Program-made: the position numbers and the translations under genes | Shown: in pieces, positions 50,899-54,923 of the stretch | Numbering within the stretch: the stretch's first letter is position 1 | Layout: each line of letters opens with the position of its first letter | Notes under the pieces: generated by a model | Database searches by the model: none | Told to the model about the DNA's origin: nothing | What the model saw: the letters and a program-made list of their open reading frames with translations, nothing else | Assembly: GCA_003158295.1 (NCBI GenBank) | Contig: PMIP01000067.1 | Location: forward strand, 9,437-64,359 | Direction: 5' to 3' | DNA: 54,923 nucleotides | DNA from: Chloroflexota bacterium | GTDB lineage: Bacteria > Chloroflexota > Limnocylindria > Limnocylindrales > CSP1-4

Positions 50899-52020
50899 CT
50901 ACGTCGGCGGTCTCACCTTGTGACGCAGGCGCCGGATGGCGTCGGCTGTGCCTGAGCGGACGGGCCCCATGGGTGACGCCCATTCACTGGAGACGAGACG
51001 GGCGCGACGGACAGGGCCCTCGCGACCGAGAGGCGGCGACAGCGGAGATTCGATGGCGTCGATGACCTGGGCGGCGAATCTATCCCACGTGTAGTGCGTG
51101 TCCAGCAGGTCCCAGTTGCGCCGCTGCATCTCCAGCAGGTCGCTGGAGGGCACCGTTTGGAGGTCCAGAAGCAGCCTGGCTGCCGTCTCCGCGTCGTTGA
51201 GAGGCACGTTGAGAATCGTCGGCGTGTCGTCGTATCCACACTGGGGTGTGCAGATAGGGATGAGTCCCCAGGACATCGCTTCGAGGACCGTCGTTGGGTT
51301 CGAGTCGAACCGGCTCACCATCAAGAGGAAGTCGAAGCCGGAGACCAGATCGCGAGATGCTTGCGTGCGGAAGTCCTGTCGCCCGAGTGCGCGTACATTC
51401 TCGATGGGGCGGTCGCCAGGACCGATCCACGCGAAGTCGAGATCGGGCAGGCGCTTCGCGATCTCCGACAGGTAGGGCGTGTTCTTGGTCCATCCGGTGT
51501 GGCCGATATAGACGAAACGCCTGCTTCCGGGCTCGTTGAACCGTTGCCTGAGGACCGGGAAGTCCTGGCGACTGATCGCCAGATCCAGTCCGACCACCTT
51601 GGGGGCCCAGTGCGAGAAGGTGGAGCTGCCAAGCCACTTGAGCCAGTAGGGACCCGTGATCGCCAGGTAGAGATCGCACCGCCTGATGATCGAATCGAGG
51701 AAGGCAACTTGCTTCGGGTCCCCATTGAAGGGGGATAGCATCAGAACCCGCCGCCACCCGCGGAGCCGGCTGCTCCTTCGGAAGACAGTGTCACGAGCCG
51801 GATGAGGGTGCCCCAGGAGTATGTCTCCGGGCTTGGGACGGATCTCGTCACGGTCGGTCCAGTCGTGGTACACGACCCGGTATCTCGTCTCGAGCCGCTG
51901 CCCCAGGTTGCGGCCGATCGCATCGGGAGTTGCCGTCATCGGGCCGTGAGGGTAGACGAGATGGACAGTCCCGACCTCGGACCCTCCGGTGGTTCGCGGC
52001 CCGCTGTCCCCGGCGCTCAC
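50899..52020 (-). CDS. Divergent GT-B (GT4-like) glycosyltransferase
   Basis: FVYIG..KN, DSNPTTVLEAMSWG; GTGA-coupled to the flippase. Confidence 0.75.
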   Translation of the reverse strand: MSAGDSGPRTTGGSEVGTVHLVYPHGPMTATPDAIGRNLGQRLETRYRVVYHDWTDRDEIRPKPGDILLGHPHPARDTVFRRSSRLRGWRRVLMLSPFNGDPKQVAFLDSIIRRCDLYLAITGPYWLKWLGSSTFSHWAPKVVGLDLAISRQDFPVLRQRFNEPGSRRFVYIGHTGWTKNTPYLSEIAKRLPDLDFAWIGPGDRPIENVRALGRQDFRTQASRDLVSGFDFLLMVSRFDSNPTTVLEAMSWGLIPICTPQCGYDDTPTILNVPLNDAETAARLLLDLQTVPSSDLLEMQRRNWDLLDTHYTWDRFAAQVIDAIESPLSPPLGREGPVRRARLVSSEWASPMGPVRSGTADAIRRLRHKVRPPT

Positions 52021-53486
52021 TCGGACTCCGCCTGGGGATCGGCCTCCGGCCGAGGATGTGTTTGGGGCAGGCGACGCAGCATGCGGGGCACGTACCAGAC
52101 CGACGGCAGCAAGACGAACACGATCTGGGCGATGATGCTGCCCCAGACCGCGCCGGACACGCCGATGTGGTAGACGAGGAACACGGAGATGGTCACGTTT
52201 CCCGCGGCCATCAGGATCGCGCAGGCGGCCTGGAACCCCATGGCTCCCGCGCCGTTCAGCAGCATCGCCAGAGGACCGTTGACCGTATTCACGATCACCC
52301 ATACCCCCAGCCCGAGCATCAAGATCGTCGTCGGGTGGACCTTGTCGCCGACCCAGAGATGGAGGACCGTTGGCCCGGCGAAGATCAGGAAGAGGGCGCT
52401 GGGGATGTTGATTGCCGCGGCGAGGAGCAAGGAACGGCGCAGGGTTCGTGAGATCCACGCCCAGTCGCCACGCGCCAGAGACTCGCGGTAGGCCGGCCAG
52501 AGCGGCGTGAGGGCAAAGGAGAGCAGCGTGGGGGCGAGCGAGAATAGCTTCAGTGGGATCGCGTACTCGGCCACGGACTCGGCGCCCATGATCTGGGCAA
52601 TGACGAAGTTGTCCAGCTGATACGCGGCCAGGCCGGCGATCTGCAGGATCATGAAGAGCCCGCCCACTCGCAACAGTGGACGAATGAGCTTCATGTCGAC
52701 GTCTGCTCGGTGCGGTCGAAGCCACGGCCATTGGAATCGGAAGAGCACGGCGCCGTTCAGCAGGGCGGCCAGAAGGCCGACTGCGGTCAGCGCGAGGACC
52801 AGCATCGGCAGGCTGGCGTGGAGTGTGATCACGGCCACGATTGCGGCCAGCGAGCCGAGGTTACCGGCGATCGCCCAGGCGCTCGAGACATAGTTGCTCT
52901 GGTGCGCGAGCTGGATCAGCCCGACGATACCGAGAGGAAGTCCGATCGCGAACGATGTGAGGAGGACTGCGGCGGCCGGTCCCGCCTCGCTGGCTGCCTG
53001 AGCCGTGTGGACGTTGAACAGCCTCGGCCACGGGATGAGTGCGTACGTGGCCAGGAAGAGGAGGAGGGCTGCGGCCCCGATCGTAAACAGCATCACCAGG
53101 CTGGTCGCCACGGCCCGTCTGGCCGTCTCGCGGTCTCCTCGGCCGTTGGCATCTGAGAGGATGGTCAGCAGGCCCAGGCCGATGCCCAGGTCGAGCGGCC
53201 CGAGCACACCGACCAGCGAGCTCATGGTCACCCACATCCCGTAGCGCTCCGAGCCCAGGTAGCCGATCGCCAGGGAGACCGAGATGAACCCGGTGCCCAT
53301 GGCTATCACCTTCCCGATGCCGCCCAGCAGGGTGGACCACGCGATGCGGCGGTAGCGCTCGGCCGAACGTCCCTCGGGCGTGCTGGTGTCGAAAGGATGG
53401 AGGCGCAGGTATCGACGCGACGACCACAAGCGTTCCGACATTCCCGGCAGCGCGGCGTCTGCCTCAACGCCCTCGATTTCGGTCAT
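52017..53486 (-). CDS. Wzx-like oligosaccharide flippase
   Basis: YLGSERYGMW, DLGIG, DNFVIAQ, PLWPAY; many TM segments. Confidence 0.88.
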   Translation of the reverse strand: MTEIEGVEADAALPGMSERLWSSRRYLRLHPFDTSTPEGRSAERYRRIAWSTLLGGIGKVIAMGTGFISVSLAIGYLGSERYGMWVTMSSLVGVLGPLDLGIGLGLLTILSDANGRGDRETARRAVATSLVMLFTIGAAALLLFLATYALIPWPRLFNVHTAQAASEAGPAAAVLLTSFAIGLPLGIVGLIQLAHQSNYVSSAWAIAGNLGSLAAIVAVITLHASLPMLVLALTAVGLLAALLNGAVLFRFQWPWLRPHRADVDMKLIRPLLRVGGLFMILQIAGLAAYQLDNFVIAQIMGAESVAEYAIPLKLFSLAPTLLSFALTPLWPAYRESLARGDWAWISRTLRRSLLLAAAINIPSALFLIFAGPTVLHLWVGDKVHPTTILMLGLGVWVIVNTVNGPLAMLLNGAGAMGFQAACAILMAAGNVTISVFLVYHIGVSGAVWGSIIAQIVFVLLPSVWYVPRMLRRLPQTHPRPEADPQAESE

Positions 53487-53931
53487 CGCGAACAGTCCGG
53501 CTGGCTAGCTGTTCGCTCGGCGGGCTTCGTACCCGCAGCGCTTCGCGTCGAGCAGGCGCAGGTTCACACCGGTGGCATGTGCCACGTACGTGCCGTGCTG
53601 GTCCATGGTGTCCGTGATGAGGGCGACCCTGGACGGTGTCGTCGATGCGCTCACCGTCCGATTGTCGCAGAAACCCCAATCCCCAGGTTGGCGCCGGAAC
53701 GAGGCTCGAGCCGCGAGTGTTGTGGACTCCGGTCGGGTGGGAAGAGCGGCAGATGGGTCATACGTCGCGGCCCGTCTTGTTCGTCTCGTTAGTACCTTCG
53801 ATGGGCTGCCGCGGCAGGGGCGTGCCCGCGTAGCATCGGCTCACGTCGGATTGCAGGCGCAGCGCCCACGCGGTCTCAGATGAGGTCAGTCGGCCGGTAT
53901 CTGGGCCAGGGGATCGATGAGGCACCCAACC

Positions 53932-54923
53932 ATGAACCACCCGCGGCTCTACCGTCGTTTCGCTGTGGCCGCCATCGCGGCTCTCTTGCTGGGGCTCGTC
54001 CAGGTGGTGCCGGCGCTAGCCGTGACCACTTTCTACGTAGGGCCGATCGTAGGTACCGGGGGCAGCTGTCTCCAACCGAACTACAACGACATCCAGCTCG
54101 CGGTCAATGCGGCGAGCAGCGGCGACACGATCCATGTCTGCGCCGGCACCTACACCCCAGGCGCGACCGTCACGGTCGGAACGGACCTCACGTTCGAGGG
54201 TGGCGGTGCGGGGTCGACGATCATCGACGGCGGCACGGCAACGCAGCTCTTCAGCGTCAGCGCCACGAATGCCTCGTTCAGCGGCTTCACCTTCGAGAAC
54301 GGATCTGCCGCGCGCGGCGGCGCGATCAACGCCAACACCGTCACGGTCTCGAACAGCACGTTCAGCGGCAACTCCGCCACTCAGTTCGGCGGAGCGATCT
54401 TCGCGGCCAACACCGTCACGGTCTCGAACAGCACGTTCAGCGGCAACTCTGCCGCTAATGCTGGCGGAGCGATCCTCGCGGCCAACGCCGTCACGGTCTC
54501 GAACAGCACGTTCAGCGGCAACTCTGCCACTGATAGTGGCGGAGCGATCTCGACCACCACCGACATCACCGCCACCAACAGCACGTTCAGCGCCAACACC
54601 AGCACATACGGCGCTGCGATCTCGGCCAGCATGGGCCTCACCGCGACCAACAGCACGTTCAGCGGCAACCCGAGCTCGGGCGGCCGGGCGATCCAGATCA
54701 TGACCCCGGGCGATAGCGGTACCGTCACGAACAGCATCCTCGCCCAGGGAACCGGTCAAGGCAGCAACTGCTCCACTGTCGGCGACGGCGAAGGCACCGT
54801 CATCAGCGGCGGAGGCAACGTCAGCACCGACTCGAGCTGCGGCTCGTCCACCGTGGTCAGCCTGTCGAGCCTGCACCTGCTTCCACTTGCTAGCAACCCC
54901 CCCGGTACCACCCAAACGATCGC
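53932..54923 (+). CDS. Secreted right-handed beta-helix repeat protein (Pmp-like GGAI/FxxN repeats); 3' end outside window
   Basis: Manual translation: signal peptide MNHPRLYRRFAVAAIAALLLGLVQVVPALA, then IQLAVNAASSGDTIHVCAGTY and repeated NSTFSGNSA-GGAI; absent from the ORF track because it has no stop. Confidence 0.88.
   Translation, partial: MNHPRLYRRFAVAAIAALLLGLVQVVPALAVTTFYVGPIVGTGGSCLQPNYNDIQLAVNAASSGDTIHVCAGTYTPGATVTVGTDLTFEGGGAGSTIIDGGTATQLFSVSATNASFSGFTFENGSAARGGAINANTVTVSNSTFSGNSATQFGGAIFAANTVTVSNSTFSGNSAANAGGAILAANAVTVSNSTFSGNSATDSGGAISTTTDITATNSTFSANTSTYGAAISASMGLTATNSTFSGNPSSGGRAIQIMTPGDSGTVTNSILAQGTGQGSNCSTVGDGEGTVISGGGNVSTDSSCGSSTVVSLSSLHLLPLASNPPGTTQTI
54316..54552 (+). repeat. 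Three near-identical 75-bp coding tandem repeats
   Basis: GCCAAC.CCGTCACGGTCTCGAACAGCACGTTCAGCGGCAACTC at 54331, 54406 and 54481. Confidence 0.9.

Noticed and set aside
53487-53931. 445-bp intergenic region as a possible riboswitch or ncRNA
   Set aside because: No c-di-GMP, c-di-AMP, SAM, TPP or cobalamin consensus recognised by eye; more simply a divergent promoter region.
54316-54552. Regularly spaced repeats resembling a CRISPR array
   Set aside because: The period is a multiple of 3, the units lie in an open frame encoding beta-helix coils, the intervening parts are similar to each other, and no cas genes are present.

Overview
High-GC bacterial window. The gene style suggests Chloroflexota (possibly Limnocylindria-like), but this is inference only. 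Bases 1-5618 hold a type II fatty-acid synthesis operon (accC end, fabZ, an embedded metallophosphoesterase, fabF, accB, fabH, fabG). Bases ~5.7-53.5 kb are a large surface-glycan locus: an LCP ligase, two DUF3048 paralogues, three Wzx-like flippases, two Wzy/O-antigen-ligase-like proteins, a GT-C-like membrane protein, 15 GT2/GT4-type glycosyltransferases, gmd/fcl/rmd-like genes, three hexapeptide acyltransferases, three methyltransferases and an SGNH lipoprotein. A secreted beta-helix repeat protein runs off the right end. The main finding is a tightly coupled nine-gene operon (9349-17276) whose family content matches the lincosamide GDP-octose pathway (LmbR/N/P/K/O/M/L/Z), with an SDR in place of the aminotransferase. 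This suggests an unusual eight-carbon or higher-carbon sugar for a cell-surface glycan. Also seen: a 93-bp structured direct repeat flanking a 2.8-kb modification cassette, several probably leaderless genes, and an interlocked bidirectional promoter. No rRNA, tRNA, CRISPR array or transposase was recognised. All assignments come from motif reading; no searches were run.
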